Position numbers and translations under genes: made by a program. This document shows, piece after piece, positions 9,587 through 23,700 of a DNA stretch of 64,000 nt. Origin of the DNA: Myxococcota bacterium (GTDB lineage Bacteria > Myxococcota_A > SURF-8 > G963663525); assembly GCA_963676915.2 (NCBI GenBank), contig CAXXVK010000011.1, positions 1 to 64,000 on the forward strand, in the 5' to 3' direction. A model generated the notes under the pieces. That model searched no databases, had not been told where the DNA came from, and saw nothing but the letters and a program-made list of their open reading frames with translations. Every line of letters starts with the position of its first letter. Within the stretch, counting starts at the first letter, position 1.

Positions 9587-12346
9587 ATGGCTAAGTCGAT
9601 TTATTTTTTCGGTGGCGGAAGCGCCGAAGGCAACGCCTCGATGAAAAATCTTTTGGGAGGCAAAGGTGCGAACCTGGCGGAAATGGCCGGGTTGGGACTT
9701 CCCGTTCCCGCTGGGTTTACGATTACGACCGAAGTCTGCACGTATTTTAGTGAAAACAACGATACCTATCCCGAAGGTCTGGAAGCGGATGCCGAAGCGA
9801 GCATCAAACGGATCGAAGAGGTCATGGGCTCGACGTTCGGCGACACCGAAAATCCGCTGCTCTTGTCGGTGCGTTCCGGTGCTCGGGAATCGATGCCCGG
9901 TATGATGGACACCGTCTTGAACCTCGGCCTGAACGACGAAACCGTCAAGGGGCTGATTGCCAAGACCGAAAATCCCCGTTTCGCCTACGATAGCTACCGC
10001 CGTTTCGTACAGATGTACGGCGATGTCGTGTTGGGCGTCAAAGCAGAAAAAGGCGAGCATGATCCGTTCGAAGTCATCATGGACGAGATCAAAGAGAAAA
10101 AAGGCGTCACCCTCGATACCGAACTGGACGCCGAGGATCTCAAAACCCTCGTGACCCGCTTCAAAGCGTTGATCAAAGATCAGATCGGTGTGGACTTCCC
10201 CGAAGATCCCCGCGATCAACTCTGGGGAGCCATCGGAGCCGTCTTCAAATCCTGGAATAACGAACGTGCGATCATTTATCGCCGCCTCAACAACATTCCC
10301 GCCGAGTGGGGCACCGCCGTCAACGTGATGGCGATGGTTTACGGCAACTTGGGCGAAGATTGCGGCACCGGCGTGGCCTTCACCCGCGATCCCGCCACCG
10401 GCGAAAACGTGCTGTACGGCGAATTCCTGATGAATGCCCAGGGCGAGGATGTCGTGGCCGGTATTCGTACGCCGCTGCCCGTGGCACAGCTCGAAGAGCG
10501 CGATGCCAAATCTTACAACGACCTGCAGACCATTCGCGCCACGTTGGAAAAACACTACCGCGAAATGCAGGACGTGGAATTCACCATCCAGCAGGGCAAA
10601 TTGTTCATGCTGCAAACCCGTACCGGTAAGCGCACCGGTCTGGCGATGGTGAAAATCGCCGTGGATATGGTTGAAGAAGGACTGATCACCAAGGAAGAGG
10701 CGCTGTCCCGCATCAAACCCGCCGACAAACTCAGCGAAGTGCTGGCTCCCATTTTCGACGCCAACGAGCTGAAAAAAGCCAAGCAGGAAGGTCATATTCT
10801 GGCCAAGGGTCTCAATGCCGGTCCTGGCGCGGCTACTGGTCGTATCGCCTTCGACGCGGACGCCGCTGCCGAATTGGAAGCCGAATTGGCGGCCAAATGG
10901 CGTGCCGAAAAGAAAAAAGACAAAAACGCCAAAAAAGAGAACGTTATTCTCGTGCGTCTCGAAACCTCGCCGGAAGACATCAAAGGAATGCAGGCTGCGG
11001 TCGGTATTCTCACCGCTCGCGGCGGACGTTCCTCCCACGCGGCGCTCGTCGCCCGCCAGATGGGCAAAGTCTGCGTCGCCGGTTGCGGTGCCTTGCAGAT
11101 CGACTACAAAGCCCAGACCCTGACGGTCGGTGACACCGTGCTCAAAGCCGGGGATTGGATCTCCCTGGACGGTACGGAAGGCGAAGTGTTTGACGGCAAG
11201 ATCGAAACCCAGCCCTCCGAAGTGGAGCAGGTGCTGTTGAAAGGCTCGTTGGATGCCGAAAAAGCTCCGACCTATCAAGCCTTTGCCAAGCTGTTGAGCT
11301 GGGCCGACGAATACCGCAAGCTGGGTGTCTGGACCAACGCCGACCAGCCGGACCAGGCGAAAAACGCCATTTCCTTCGGCGCAGAAGGCATCGGACTGTG
11401 CCGCACCGAGCATATGTTCTTCGGTGAAGGAAAAATCGAGAAGTTCCGCCAGATGATTCTGGCCAAGACCGTCGAAGAGCGCAAAGAAGCTCTGGAAGCC
11501 TTACTGCCGCTGCAACGGGAAGACTTCGAAGGTCTGTTCAAGGAAATGGAAGGTCGCCCGGTAACCATCCGCACACTCGATCCGCCTTTGCATGAGTTCC
11601 TGCCGCACGACGAAGAGGAAATCAACGAGCTGGCCGCGTTTATCGGAACGACGCCGGAATACATCAAGCGTCGTAACGAAGAATTGGCCGAATCCAACCC
11701 GATGCTCGGTCATCGCGGCTGCCGTTTGGGCACGACTTATCCCGAAATTACCGAAATGCAGGTTCGGGCGATCTTCGAAGCGGCGGTGAACGTCAAGAAG
11801 GAAACCGGTGTCGATCCTCATCCCGAGGTGATGATTCCCCTCGTCGGTCACATCAACGAACTCGACGGACAGGAAGTCATCGCCCGTCGCGTCGCCGAGG
11901 AAGTTTTTGCCGAGAAGGGCGAAAAAGTGGACTACCTCGTGGGTACGATGATCGAGTTGCCGCGTGCCGCGCTGACCGCCGATCGTATCGCCGAGAAGGC
12001 CGAGTTCTTCAGCTTCGGCACCAATGACCTGACCCAGACCACCTTTGGACTCAGCCGTGACGACGCGGTGAAATTCCTGGGCGAATACTACGAGAAAGAC
12101 ATTCTCCCGCAAGATCCCTTCGCCACCATCGACCGTGACGGTGTGGGACAGCTCATGCAAATCGCCGTGGACAAGGGACGCCAGACCCGAAGCGACATTC
12201 AGCTCGGTATCTGTGGCGAGCACGGCGGAGAGCCGAACTCGGTGGAATTCTGCCACATGCTCGGTCTGAACTACGTAAGCTGCTCTCCCTTCCGCGTGCC
12301 GATCGCTCGGTTGGCAGCGGCCCAGGCAGCGTTGAAAGAGAAGTAA
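9587..12346 (+). CDS. ppdK: Pyruvate, phosphate dikinase
   Basis: [40 protein letters not shown] (phospho-His), [29 protein letters not shown]. Confidence 0.98.
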   Translation: MAKSIYFFGGGSAEGNASMKNLLGGKGANLAEMAGLGLPVPAGFTITTEVCTYFSENNDTYPEGLEADAEASIKRIEEVMGSTFGDTENPLLLSVRSGARESMPGMMDTVLNLGLNDETVKGLIAKTENPRFAYDSYRRFVQMYGDVVLGVKAEKGEHDPFEVIMDEIKEKKGVTLDTELDAEDLKTLVTRFKALIKDQIGVDFPEDPRDQLWGAIGAVFKSWNNERAIIYRRLNNIPAEWGTAVNVMAMVYGNLGEDCGTGVAFTRDPATGENVLYGEFLMNAQGEDVVAGIRTPLPVAQLEERDAKSYNDLQTIRATLEKHYREMQDVEFTIQQGKLFMLQTRTGKRTGLAMVKIAVDMVEEGLITKEEALSRIKPADKLSEVLAPIFDANELKKAKQEGHILAKGLNAGPGAATGRIAFDADAAAELEAELAAKWRAEKKKDKNAKKENVILVRLETSPEDIKGMQAAVGILTARGGRSSHAALVARQMGKVCVAGCGALQIDYKAQTLTVGDTVLKAGDWISLDGTEGEVFDGKIETQPSEVEQVLLKGSLDAEKAPTYQAFAKLLSWADEYRKLGVWTNADQPDQAKNAISFGAEGIGLCRTEHMFFGEGKIEKFRQMILAKTVEERKEALEALLPLQREDFEGLFKEMEGRPVTIRTLDPPLHEFLPHDEEEINELAAFIGTTPEYIKRRNEELAESNPMLGHRGCRLGTTYPEITEMQVRAIFEAAVNVKKETGVDPHPEVMIPLVGHINELDGQEVIARRVAEEVFAEKGEKVDYLVGTMIELPRAALTADRIAEKAEFFSFGTNDLTQTTFGLSRDDAVKFLGEYYEKDILPQDPFATIDRDGVGQLMQIAVDKGRQTRSDIQLGICGEHGGEPNSVEFCHMLGLNYVSCSPFRVPIARLAAAQAALKEK

Positions 12347-12373
12347 AATCGCTAGATTTTTACTGGTTTTCGC

Positions 12374-12405
12374 AACGGGCGGTCTTTGGGACCGCCCGTT
12401 TTTTT
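12374..12405 (+). terminator. Rho-independent terminator of ppdK
   Basis: Stem aacgggcggtc/gaccgcccgtt followed by a T-run. Confidence 0.85.
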
Positions 12406-13065
12406 CATCAATTTCATAAAATGCCGATTTCTCAGGTTATAGAGTTAAAAATGCACCCCAAACAGAGATTCGCACCGTATATCCAAACGAAAACAAAATG
12501 AAAAATTTCAATCGAAAGGAAAAACTAGGAAAACTTATTTAAATCGATTGTATTTCTTTTGGAGATTCGCTATGGATAATACACGCGTTTTGCGTATAAT
12601 TTCATATGTTCTTATATGTGCGGGAGAAAAGATCCCTCGAAATCATTTTCGGTGTGGTGGGTTTGCGAAAATGGATTGGGTATTTTTTCCCCATTTTGAG
12701 TGAACAATTTTGCCTTGGGATCGGTCTAAACAGCCAAATTCCCAATCTTCGGCGGTTTTCGTCGAAGAGGATGAATGTACCGCTTTCATAGAAGAGACAT
12801 CGAAAAAACGGGGATTTGGTGTTTTTTATGCGAAAATTCCAAATTTCCTCGGTTTTTGTCGTTTCGTTTCGGTTTTGCGTTTGTTTCTTTTCCTGCGCTT
12901 GAACGTTAGGGAAGGAAAAAACAGTAAAATAAATCTTTCGTACGGGAAATAGCGAAAGATTACCGTGGGTTGCCCACGAGGGAGTCTTTTGACGCAGTTA
13001 TTTACGATTTGTCGCCGTGACGACAGCAAAAGGGTTCGGCTTTTAGCCGTTGCAATGGTTCGATC

Positions 13066-14727
13066 ATGATGAAACAAAATACGGCGCTTTTGCCGCAGTT
13101 CCGTCCGTTTCGTTACGGAGGGATCGTATTTGTGTTGTTCGTTCTGCTCGTTAATCCGGCTTGTTTCGAGGACGGGGATTCGGAAAAAATCTCCACAGCA
13201 CTAAGCAACCGGTTGACCAGCGCCCTCAATTTCGAAGGGGGAGAGTTGAAGGAGGGTGAGCCGCCCGAAAGCAACGACGATCCCCAGGAAGCTCCCCAGG
13301 TCGATGAAGTTCGTACATTGACCCGCCTGATTCCCGGCCAGCCTTTTTCGGCGCAACTGCGTCTCAACGAGGAATTTACGGGAAACGGCAAGAAAAAACG
13401 AGTGGTCCGCAAGCTGTTGCTCGAAGTTCCACCCGATGTGGACGCCGTGCTTATCTGGGTCGTCGGCTCTGACAGCTACATCGAAGTACCTGTGGATCTG
13501 TTCAAAGAAGAAGATCGCTGGTGGGCCGAGCTTTTCGGCAGGCTCAACGCGGATGTTGAATTGCAGGGCAAGAAATTTAAGGTCAAGTTCGCTTTCAAAT
13601 CTGGCGATATCGTAGGTAAATTCTACGATTGGAACCTCGACGTCACCGAAGATCCTCCTTTGGAAGAAGAAGAAATCGTCGAAACCAGCTCTATCGTCGG
13701 TGGGGAATTCTTCATTGGCAACGAGCCGGATGGCGTTCTCGACGAAGCCAGCCCGCAAATCGAGCATATCGAAGGACCGGAGCAACTGGTTTCCGGCAAA
13801 GGATTCACCTTGTTGTTGAGTACGGATTTCGACTTCGGAACCAACGTGGCCGATGTCGTTTTCTCCATTCCGCTGGTTTCGGGATACACCATAGTACCGG
13901 GAGATGTCTTTCCTGCCGATGACGGCGGGTACATCGTCAGTGTGACCAACACTCTGACGGCGGATTTTACCGCTACCGGGTGGGTGATGACATTCATGGT
14001 CGCTCTGCGGTCGTCCGAAGGAAACGTCGGAAAGTACCGTGCCTGGTCGGCGGAGATCATCGAAGAAGAAGAAACCATCGATTGCGACGACGACAACGCC
14101 TGCACCACAGACACCGTTGTGGATGGAAAGTGCCAGTACACAACGAAAAACTGCTCGGATAACATTTCCTGCACGGATGACCAGTGCAACCCGACCAATG
14201 CGCAATGCACCAATCGCCCGGCACGGGAATTCTGCCTGATTTCAGGTAAGTGCTATGCCCAGGGGGACGAAAACCCCAACAACGGCTGCTTATTCTGTAA
14301 CTGGAAAAACGATCAGGAATCGTGGTCGGACAACGATGGCGCGACCTGTGACGATGACGATCTTTGCACCGAAAGCGATCAATGCAAAGCCGGAGCGTGC
14401 AGTGGGCAATCTAAAGACTGTTCGGCACCCAACGAATGCCAGTTGGACGGTACCTGCAATGCCAGTACCGGAGCTTGCGAAAATGCGTTCGTCGAAAACG
14501 GGCAATCCTGCGACAATGACACCGGAACCTGTCAGGCTGGACAATGCCTGCCGAACGATACGACCTTGAAAGTAAACAACCCAAGTTTCATTAGTGGAGG
14601 AGGAACCTCCAAGGCTGGTGGCAAAATGCTGCGGATCACTTTCCCGGCACCTGCCGTTGTGGCTCCGTCCACCAGTGAGAATTTTACATTGAAAACTGAA
14701 AAAGTCATCCTTCAAACGTCCGAATAA
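13066..14727 (+). CDS. Exported (probable lipo-)protein: two tandem beta-rich domains, Cys-rich repeats, C-terminal GGG-xS motif
   Basis: Hydrophobic signal ending VNPAC (imperfect lipobox); internal duplication (GGE...PQ...VGKFYDW / GGE...PQ...VGKYRAW); CDDDNACTTD-type repeats; stop is 18 bp before the next ATG. Confidence 0.8.
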   Translation: MMKQNTALLPQFRPFRYGGIVFVLFVLLVNPACFEDGDSEKISTALSNRLTSALNFEGGELKEGEPPESNDDPQEAPQVDEVRTLTRLIPGQPFSAQLRLNEEFTGNGKKKRVVRKLLLEVPPDVDAVLIWVVGSDSYIEVPVDLFKEEDRWWAELFGRLNADVELQGKKFKVKFAFKSGDIVGKFYDWNLDVTEDPPLEEEEIVETSSIVGGEFFIGNEPDGVLDEASPQIEHIEGPEQLVSGKGFTLLLSTDFDFGTNVADVVFSIPLVSGYTIVPGDVFPADDGGYIVSVTNTLTADFTATGWVMTFMVALRSSEGNVGKYRAWSAEIIEEEETIDCDDDNACTTDTVVDGKCQYTTKNCSDNISCTDDQCNPTNAQCTNRPAREFCLISGKCYAQGDENPNNGCLFCNWKNDQESWSDNDGATCDDDDLCTESDQCKAGACSGQSKDCSAPNECQLDGTCNASTGACENAFVENGQSCDNDTGTCQAGQCLPNDTTLKVNNPSFISGGGTSKAGGKMLRITFPAPAVVAPSTSENFTLKTEKVILQTSE

Positions 14728-14745
14728 GCTTGTGGAGAACCCGTC

Positions 14746-17700
14746 ATGAAGAGATTTTCTTCTCTGTTACTCGCCCTGTTCGTTTTGCTGTTTCCATTGT
14801 GGGCCTGGGCCGAAATACCGGACCAGATGCGCCTGCAAGCCTATTTGACCGATGATTTCGGCAATCCCCTAAGCGGTGATTACGATGTGGTGCTGAAAGT
14901 GTATGCCACTCAGGAAAGCGAAGATGCTATCTGGGAGGACAGCCTGTCGATTACCGTAGACGGCGGATTCATGAATTTCGTCGTCGGCGATGCGGAAAAT
15001 CCTCTCGATGCCAACGTTTTTGGCGAGGACGGAGAAGCTTGGTTGGGAATCAAGATCGGGGAAGATCCCGAAATGGTTCCTCGCCAGAGAATTACGGCGG
15101 TGCCATATGCAACAAGGTCTTCCATTGCCGAGTATGCACTCGAAGCGGGTAATGTACCCACGGATGCCGAGATCATCGGCATGTTGGAGGAGGACGGCAG
15201 CTTCGCGTTGAGCGCCGAGTTGAACGATGGCGACCCGTTGACGACGCCCGTAGGCTGGAGCGACCTAAGCGGTATCCCGGAAGCGTTCTCGGACGGCACG
15301 GACAACCAGCTTTCCGAAGCTGAAGTGCTTCAGATCATCAACGACAACGGATACGTTTCCTCCGAGCAACTCGACGCTTATGCCTTCCGTAACCAGAGTT
15401 GTACAAGCTTCGGTGCGGATTACGTCGTAGCGGGCATCGATACGGACGGAAATGTGATCTGCGTTCAGGATCAGAACACCGAGTACGGGGCTGCCGATTT
15501 CGCATTGAGCGCTCAGAGCTGCGAATCGGGATTCCTGATGGCCGGAGTCAGCGAAGAGGGGATGCCCATTTGCGTTCCCGATACGGACACCACCTACGAT
15601 GGCAGCGTGTTCGCTTTGAGCGATCAGGATTGCTCGTCGATGGGGGAGGGATATTACGTCGCCGGTTTCGATGGAGAAGGAAATGTTCTTTGCTATGCGG
15701 ACAATGATCTGCTGGCGGGACTGTCCTGCGACGCCGGACAAATTGCAACATTCGATGGCGAATCCTGGAATTGCGCGGACGACAACGTGTTGGACGAAGC
15801 GGCTGTAGACGCCTTTGTGGCCAACAACGGCTACCTGACGAGCGTAGATTGGACGGAAGTGACGGGTATCCCGAGTGATTTCTCGGATGGCACGGACGAT
15901 GTGCTCGACGAAGCCGCCGTGGATGGCTATGTGGCCAACAACGGTTACTTGACGAGCGTCGACTGGACGGAAGTTACTGGCATTCCGAGTGATTTCTCGG
16001 ACGGCACGGACGATGTGCTCGACGAAGCCGCCGTAGATGGTTATGTGGCCAACAACGGTTACTTGACGAGCGTCGACTGGACGGAAGTCACGGGTATCCC
16101 TAGTGATTTCTCGGACGGCACGGACGATGTGCTCGACGAAGCGGCCGTGGATGGCTATGTAGCGAACAACGGCTACCTGACGTCTGTGGACTGGACGGAA
16201 GTGACGGGCATTCCTAGTGATTTCTCGGACGGCACGGACGATGTGCTCGACGAAGCGGCCGTGGATGGCTATGTAGCGAACAACGGCTACCTGACGTCTG
16301 TGGACTGGACGGAAGTTACTGGCATTCCGAGCGATTTCTCGGATGGCACGGACGATGTGCTCGACGAAGCGGCCGTGGATGGCTATGTGGCCAACAACGG
16401 TTACTTGACGAGTGTGGACTGGACGGAAGTGACGGGCATCCCGAGCGATTTCTCGGACGGTGTAGACGCCGACACGTTGGCGGGTCTGAGTTGCTCCGCC
16501 AGTCAGGTTGCCATGTGGGATGGTGAGGGCTGGTCCTGTGCGTACGATTACGACTCCTTGGGCGATATCGAGTGCGGCACCGGTCAGTTGATCGCGTTCA
16601 ACGGCGAAGGTTGGGACTGCATCGACGATGCGGATACGAAATACGATGTGGCTACCGGTCAGGGTCTGGTGCTGACGGAGAACGCCTTCGCGCTGCGTCC
16701 TGACTGCCTGGACGGCGAAGTGCTGGCCTGGAACCCGGACGCGTTGGGAACGGGCATCGGCGGTTGGGAATGTCGTCCGGGTCTGCCGAACGATTGCTCG
16801 GACGGCCAGATCGCGCAATACGTCTCGGACGGTTTTTGGACCTGCATCGACGACGCGAAGCTGACGGAATCCGAGGTGGACGCGTTTGTAGCGAACAACG
16901 GCTACCTGACATCTGTGGATTGGACGGAAGTAACGGGCATTCCGAGTGATTTCTCGGACGGCACGGACGATGTTCTCGACGAAGCCGCCGTAGATGGTTA
17001 TGTGGCCAACAACGGTTACCTGACGAGCGTGGACTGGACGGAAGTCACGGGCATTCCTAGCGATTTCTCGGATGGCACGGACGATGTGCTCGACGAAGCG
17101 GCCGTGGATGGCTATGTGGCCAACAACGGCTACCTGACGAGTGTGGACTGGACGGAAGTGACGGGCATTCCTAGTGATTTCTCGGATGGCACGGACGATG
17201 TGCTCGACGAAGCCGCCGTAGATGGCTACGTGGCGAATAATGGCTACTTGACGTCTGTATCCTGGGAGGAAGTCTCCGGTATCCCCAGTGATTTCAGTGA
17301 CGGAGTGGACGCCGACACGTTGGCGGGTCTGAGTTGCTCCGCCAGTCAGGTTGCCATGTGGGATGGTGAGGGCTGGTCCTGTGCGTACGATTACGACTCA
17401 CTGGGTGACATCGAATGCGGCACCGGTCAGTTGATTGCGTTCAACGGCGAAGGTTGGGACTGCATCGACGATGCGGATACGAAATACGATGTGGCTGCCG
17501 GTCAGGGGCTGGTGCTGACGGAGAACGCTTTCGCGCTGCGTCCTGATTGCCTGGACGGCGAAGTGCTGGCCTGGAACCCGGACGCGTTGGGAACGGGCGT
17601 CGGTGGTTGGGAATGTCGTCCCGGCTTGCCGAACGATTGCTCGGACGGCCAGATCGCACAATACGTCTCGGATGGTTTTTGGACCTGCATCGACGACGCG

Positions 17701-20700
17701 AAGCTGACGGAATCCGAAGTTGACGCGTTTGTAGCGAACAACGGCTACCTGACGAGTGTGGACTGGACGGAAGTGACGGGCATTCCTAGTGATTTCTCGG
17801 ATGGCACGGACGATGTTCTCGACGAAGCCGCCGTGGATGGCTATGTGGCGAACAATGGCTACCTGACGAGTGTGGACTGGACGGAAGTAACGGGTATTCC
17901 TAGTGATTTCTCGGACGGCACGGACGATGTTCTCGACGAAGCCGCCGTAGATGGTTATGTAGCCAACAACGGCTACCTGACGTCTGTGGACTGGACGGAA
18001 GTTACAGGAATTCCTAGCGATTTCTCGGACGGCACGGACGATGTGCTCGACGAAGCGGCTGTGGATGGCTATGTGGCCAACAACGGCTACCTGACGTCTG
18101 TGGACTGGACGGATGTTGCGAATATCCCTAGTGATTTCTCGGACGGTGTAGACGCCGACACGCTGGCGGGCTTGGCTTGCAGCGCTTATCAGGTTGCGAT
18201 GTGGGATGTCGAAGGCGGCTGGTATTGCGCATACGACTTCGACTCACTGGGTGACATCGAGTGCGGCACCGGTCAGTTGATCGCGTTTAACGGCGAAGGT
18301 TGGGACTGCATCGACGATGCGGATACGAAATACGCTGTGGCTGCCGGTCAGGGGCTTGTGCTGACGGAGAACGCTTTCGCGCTGCGTCCTGACTGCCTGG
18401 ACGGCGAAGTGCTGGCCTGGAACCCGGACGCGTTGGGAACGGGCATCGGCGGTTGGGAATGTCGTCCGGGTCTGCCGAACGATTGTTCGGACGGCCAGAT
18501 CGCGCAATACGTCTCGGACGGTTTTTGGACCTGCATCGACGACGCGAAGCTGACGGAATCCGAAGTTGACGCGTTTGTAGCGAATAATGGTTATCTTACG
18601 AGTGTAGATTGGACGGAAGTAACGGGCATTCCGAGTGATTTCTCGGACGGCACGGACGATGTTCTCGACGAAGCGGCCGTGGATGGCTATGTGGCCAACA
18701 ACGGCTACCTGACGAGCGTAGATTGGACGGAAGTAACGGGTATCCCTAGCGATTTCTCGGATGGCACGGACGATGTGCTCGACGAAGCCGCCGTGGATGG
18801 TTATGTAGCCAACAACGGCTACCTGACGAGCGTAGATTGGACGGAAGTAACGGGTATCCCTAGCGATTTCTCGGATGGCACGGACGATGTGCTCGACGAA
18901 GCGGCCGTGGATGGTTATGTAGCCAACAACGGCTACTTGACGAGTGTGGACTGGACGGAAGTGACGGGCATCCCGAGCGATTTCTCGGATGGTGTGGACG
19001 CCGACACGTTGGCGGGTCTGAGTTGCTCCGCCAGTCAAGTAGCGATGTGGGACGGCGAGGGCTGGTCCTGCGCATATGATTACGATTCCTTGGGTGACAT
19101 CGAGTGCGGCACCGGTCAGTTGATCGCGTTTAACGGCGAAGGTTGGGACTGCATCGACGATGCGGATACGAAATACGGAGTGGCTGCCGGTCAGGGTCTG
19201 GTGCTGACGGAGAACGCCTTTGCTTTGCGACCGGATTGCCTGGACGGCGAAGTGCTGGCCTGGAACCCTGATGCGTTGGGAACGGGCGTCGGCGGTTGGG
19301 AATGTCGCCCCGGCCTGCCGAACGACTGCTCGGACGGTCAGATCGCGCAATACGTCTCGGACGGTTTCTGGACCTGCATCGACGACGCGAAGCTGACGGA
19401 ATCCGAAGTTGACGCGTTTGTAGCGAACAACGGCTACTTGACGTCTGTGGACTGGACGGAAGTTACGGGCATTCCGAGTGATTTCTCGGACGGCACGGAC
19501 GATGTGCTCGACGAAGCGGCTGTGGATGGCTATGTAGCGAACAATGGCTACCTGACGAGCGTGGACTGGACGGAAGTTACTGGAATTCCTAGTGATTTCT
19601 CGGACGGCACGGACGATGTGCTTGACGAAGCGGCCGTGGATGGCTATGTGGCCAACAACGGTTACCTGACGAGCGTGGATTGGACGGAAGTCACGGGCAT
19701 TCCGAGTGATTTCTCGGACGGCACGGACGATGTGCTCGACGAAGCGGCCGTGGATGGCTATGTGGCCAACAACGGTTACCTGACGAGCGTGGATTGGACG
19801 GAAGTCACGGGCATTCCGAGTGATTTCTCGGACGGCACGGACGATGTGCTCGACGAAGCCGCCGTAGATGGCTATGTGGCCAACAACGGTTACCTGACGA
19901 GCGTGGATTGGACGGAAGTCACGGGCATTCCGAGTGATTTCTCGGATGGCACGGATGATGTTCTCGACGAAGCGGCTGTAGATGGCTATGTAGCGAACAA
20001 CGGCTACCTGACGTCTGTGGACTGGACGGAAGTTACGGGCATTCCTAGCGATTTCTCGGATGGCACGGACGATGTGCTCGACGAAGCGGCCGTGGATGGC
20101 TATGTAGCGAACAATGGCTACCTGACGAGTGTGGACTGGACGGAAGTCACGGGTATCCCGAGTGATTTCTCGGATGGTGTGGACGCCGACACGTTGGCGG
20201 GTCTGAGTTGCTCCGCCAGTCAGGTTGCCATGTGGGACGGCGAGGGCTGGTCCTGCGCGTACGATTACGACTCACTGGGTGACATCGAGTGCGGCACCGG
20301 TCAGTTGATCGCGTTTAACGGCGAAGGTTGGGACTGCATCGACGATGCGGACACGAAATACGCTGTGGCTGCCGGTCAGGGTCTGGTGCTGACGGAGAAT
20401 GCCTTTGCGTTGCGACCGGATTGCCTGGACGGCGAAGTGCTGGCCTGGAACCCTGATGCGTTGGGAACGGGCATTGGCGGTTGGGAATGTCGTCCGGGTC
20501 TGCCGAACGATTGCTCGGACGGTCAGATCGCGCAATACGTCTCGGACGGTTTTTGGACCTGCATCGACGACGCGAAGCTGACGGAATCCGAAGTTGACGC
20601 GTTTGTGGCGAACAACGGCTACCTGACGTCTGTGGACTGGACGGAAGTAACGGGCATTCCTAGTGATTTCTCGGACGGCACGGACGATGTTCTCGACGAA

Positions 20701-23700
20701 GCGGCCGTGGATGGCTATGTGGCGAACAACGGCTACCTGACGAGCGTGGACTGGACGGAAGTCACGGGCATTCCTAGGGATTTCTCGGATGGCACGGACG
20801 ATGTTCTCGACGAAGCGGCCGTAGATGGCTATGTAGCGAATAATGGTTATCTTACGAGCGTGGACTGGACGGAAGTTACGAATATCCCAAGTGATTTCTC
20901 GGATGGTGTAGACGCCGACACGCTGGCGGGCTTGGCTTGCAGCGCTTATCAGGTTGCGATGTGGGATGTCGAAGGCGGCTGGTATTGCGCATACGACTTC
21001 GACTCACTGGGTGACATCGAATGCGGCACCGGTCAGTTGATCGCGTTTAACGGCGAAGGTTGGGACTGCATCGACGATGCGGACACGAAATACGCTGTGG
21101 CTGCCGGTCAGGGTCTGGTGCTGACGGAGAATGCCTTTGCGTTGCGACCGGATTGCCTGGACGGCGAAGTGCTGGCCTGGAACCCTGATGCGTTGGGAAC
21201 GGGCATCGGCGGTTGGGAATGTCGTCCGGGTCTGCCGAACGATTGCTCAGACGGTCAGATCGCACAATACGTCTCGGACGGTTTTTGGACCTGCATCGAC
21301 GACGCGAAGCTGACGGAATCCGAAGTTGACGCGTTTGTAGCGAATAATGGTTATCTTACGAGTGTAGATTGGACGGAAGTAACGGGTATCCCTAGCGATT
21401 TCTCGGATGGCACGGACGATGTGCTCGACGAAGCCGCCGTAGATGGCTACGTGGCGAACAACGGCTACCTGACGTCTGTGGATTGGACGGAAGTAACGGG
21501 TATCCCTAGCGATTTCTCGGATGGCACGGACGATGTGCTCGACGAAGCGGCCGTAGATGGTTATGTGGCGAACAACGGCTACCTGACATCTGTGGACTGG
21601 ACGGAAGTGACGGGCATCCCGAGTGATTTCTCGGACGGCACGGACGATGTGCTCGACGAAGCGGCCGTAGATGGTTATGTGGCCAACAACGGTTACTTGA
21701 CGAGTGTGGACTGGACGGAAGTGACGGGCATCCCGAGCGATTTCTCGGACGGCACGGACGATGTGCTCGACGAAGCGGCCGTAGATGGTTATGTGGCGAA
21801 CAACGGCTACCTGACATCTGTGGATTGGACGGAAGTAACGAATATCCCAAGTGATTTCTCGGATGGCACGGACGATGTGCTCGACGAAGCCACTGTGGAC
21901 GCAATGGTCGCAAACAACGGTTTCATGACGTCTGTGGACTGGACGGAAGTTACGGGCATTCCTGCTGGATTTAGCGATGGTGTGGATGCCGACACGTTGG
22001 CGGGTCTGAGCTGTTCTTCCAGTCAGGTTGCCATGTGGGATGGTGAGGGCTGGTCCTGCGCATATGATTACGACTCCTTGGGCGATATCGAGTGCGGTAC
22101 CGGGCAGTTGATCGCGTTTAGTAGCGAGGGCTGGTACTGCATCGACGATGCGAACACCACCTATTCCGGTGCGGATTTCGCGCTGAGCGATCAGGGGTGT
22201 ACCGGAGACCAGTACGTATCTGGAATTGGCACCGATGGTTCTGTGATTTGTGCCAGGCCGACATCGACATCGGACGCTTCGGAAATTACCTCTGGCGTGT
22301 TTGATTCGGCTCGTTTGTACGCTCAAATCATTGTAGTTCGACCCGACGTCGATGCTCTGAGTAGCGGTACGGCTCTTTACAACGTGGTCGATGGCATTAC
22401 CGGAACCAGTTCGGATAACCGCATTCTAGTGCAGGTTGAACCGGGAGTGTACGATCTTGGTACAAATAGTTTGTATCTGGACGATCCTTATGTGGATCTG
22501 CAGGGTTCCGGGCGTGGTATGACGGTGATCAAAGGTTCTGGTGTAGATCTTCCTCCCATTCATATCGTGTCCGAACCTGTCGAAGTTCGCGATTTAACTG
22601 CTATTAAAGAAGGCGATGGCTCAAACAACATTGCCATTATAGTAGGTGGTGTTTCGGCGAATATCACCCGTGTGGATGCAGTGATCGATCTTACTGGTGT
22701 GTCTGGCTCGGATAACGTCATCGAAATTTCCCATACAAACGTTTCTGGGAAAACGGTTGTTCTTCACGACGTGACGGTAAAAGGCAACAGCAATGGCTAT
22801 GCAACGACCATGACTGGTATCAAATATCTCAACAGTGGTACGTTCTCAGGCAATACTCTGGCTGTTTCCGACTCGCTCATCGTGATCAAAGGTTCGAATT
22901 TCACGAATGCAACCGGTCTTTCGGTTACCGGCGACATCGGTGGCACAGAGGAAGATGCTCCTACGTTGAACCTCAACAACGTTACCATCGATATCGTGAT
23001 TCCTTCCTCGACCGCTTGTACGGCTTTTGGTGTGCAATCCTACGCTGCTCGCATGGTGGCCGATGGAGTGGATATGTCCCTCGATTTGCCGACCACAACC
23101 GGTTTTTCGGCGACCGCCATTTCGGAACAAAGCAGTTCTCCGCAGGTCAAAAACCTCGTGGCGCGGTTGAGCGCTTACAATGTTTCCGGTGTATATCGCA
23201 CCGACGGCCTCGCGACGGTTCTTCCTCACTCTTACGATGGTTTGACTATTTACGGTGTCGGTACCAACACGGCAACCGGTATGAACCTTACTTATGACAC
23301 GACGAAATCCGTTACCGTGCTCAACTCGGTTCTCGAAGTAACCGCTCCCGCCTCCTCGACGGGTATTCTCGTCAATTCCAATACGCAAGCCGTTCGAGTC
23401 GGAAATACCTATGTGACATCTTACGGTGCTACGACCTATAGTGTTGGTGTCGATGTGCAGGGTAGCGGTTCGGATGGTCTCGTGCGAATGGATAACTCGA
23501 CCCTCGATACGGAAGGTGCTGTAGTATCGATTGCGGCCGGAGCGACCTTCAACGGTGGTTCGGTGAAGTTCAACGGCTTGGAGCCGTCCGTAACCGGTAC
23601 CTATACCTGTATGTATTGTTACGATGTTGGCGATGGTGGCTATGCGGAAGTCCAACCCGTTCAGTGGTCGGAAATTGATGGCATACCCACCGATTTCGAT

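Noticed and set aside
9425-11413. 662-aa antisense ORF over ppdK (also 11501-12256)
   Set aside because: Shadow frame produced by codon bias of a conserved gene; no recognisable motifs.
12950-13055. Riboswitch or ops element before the fibre operon
   Set aside because: Only short hairpins; no c-di-GMP riboswitch or GGCGGTAG consensus recognised.
15787-22150. Regular repeats as a CRISPR array
   Set aside because: Units are in-frame coding repeats (114 and 387 bp) with silent variation; no unique spacers and no cas genes.
15265-22326. Repetitive Arg/His-rich minus-strand ORFs
   Set aside because: Reverse-frame echoes of the fibre repeats.
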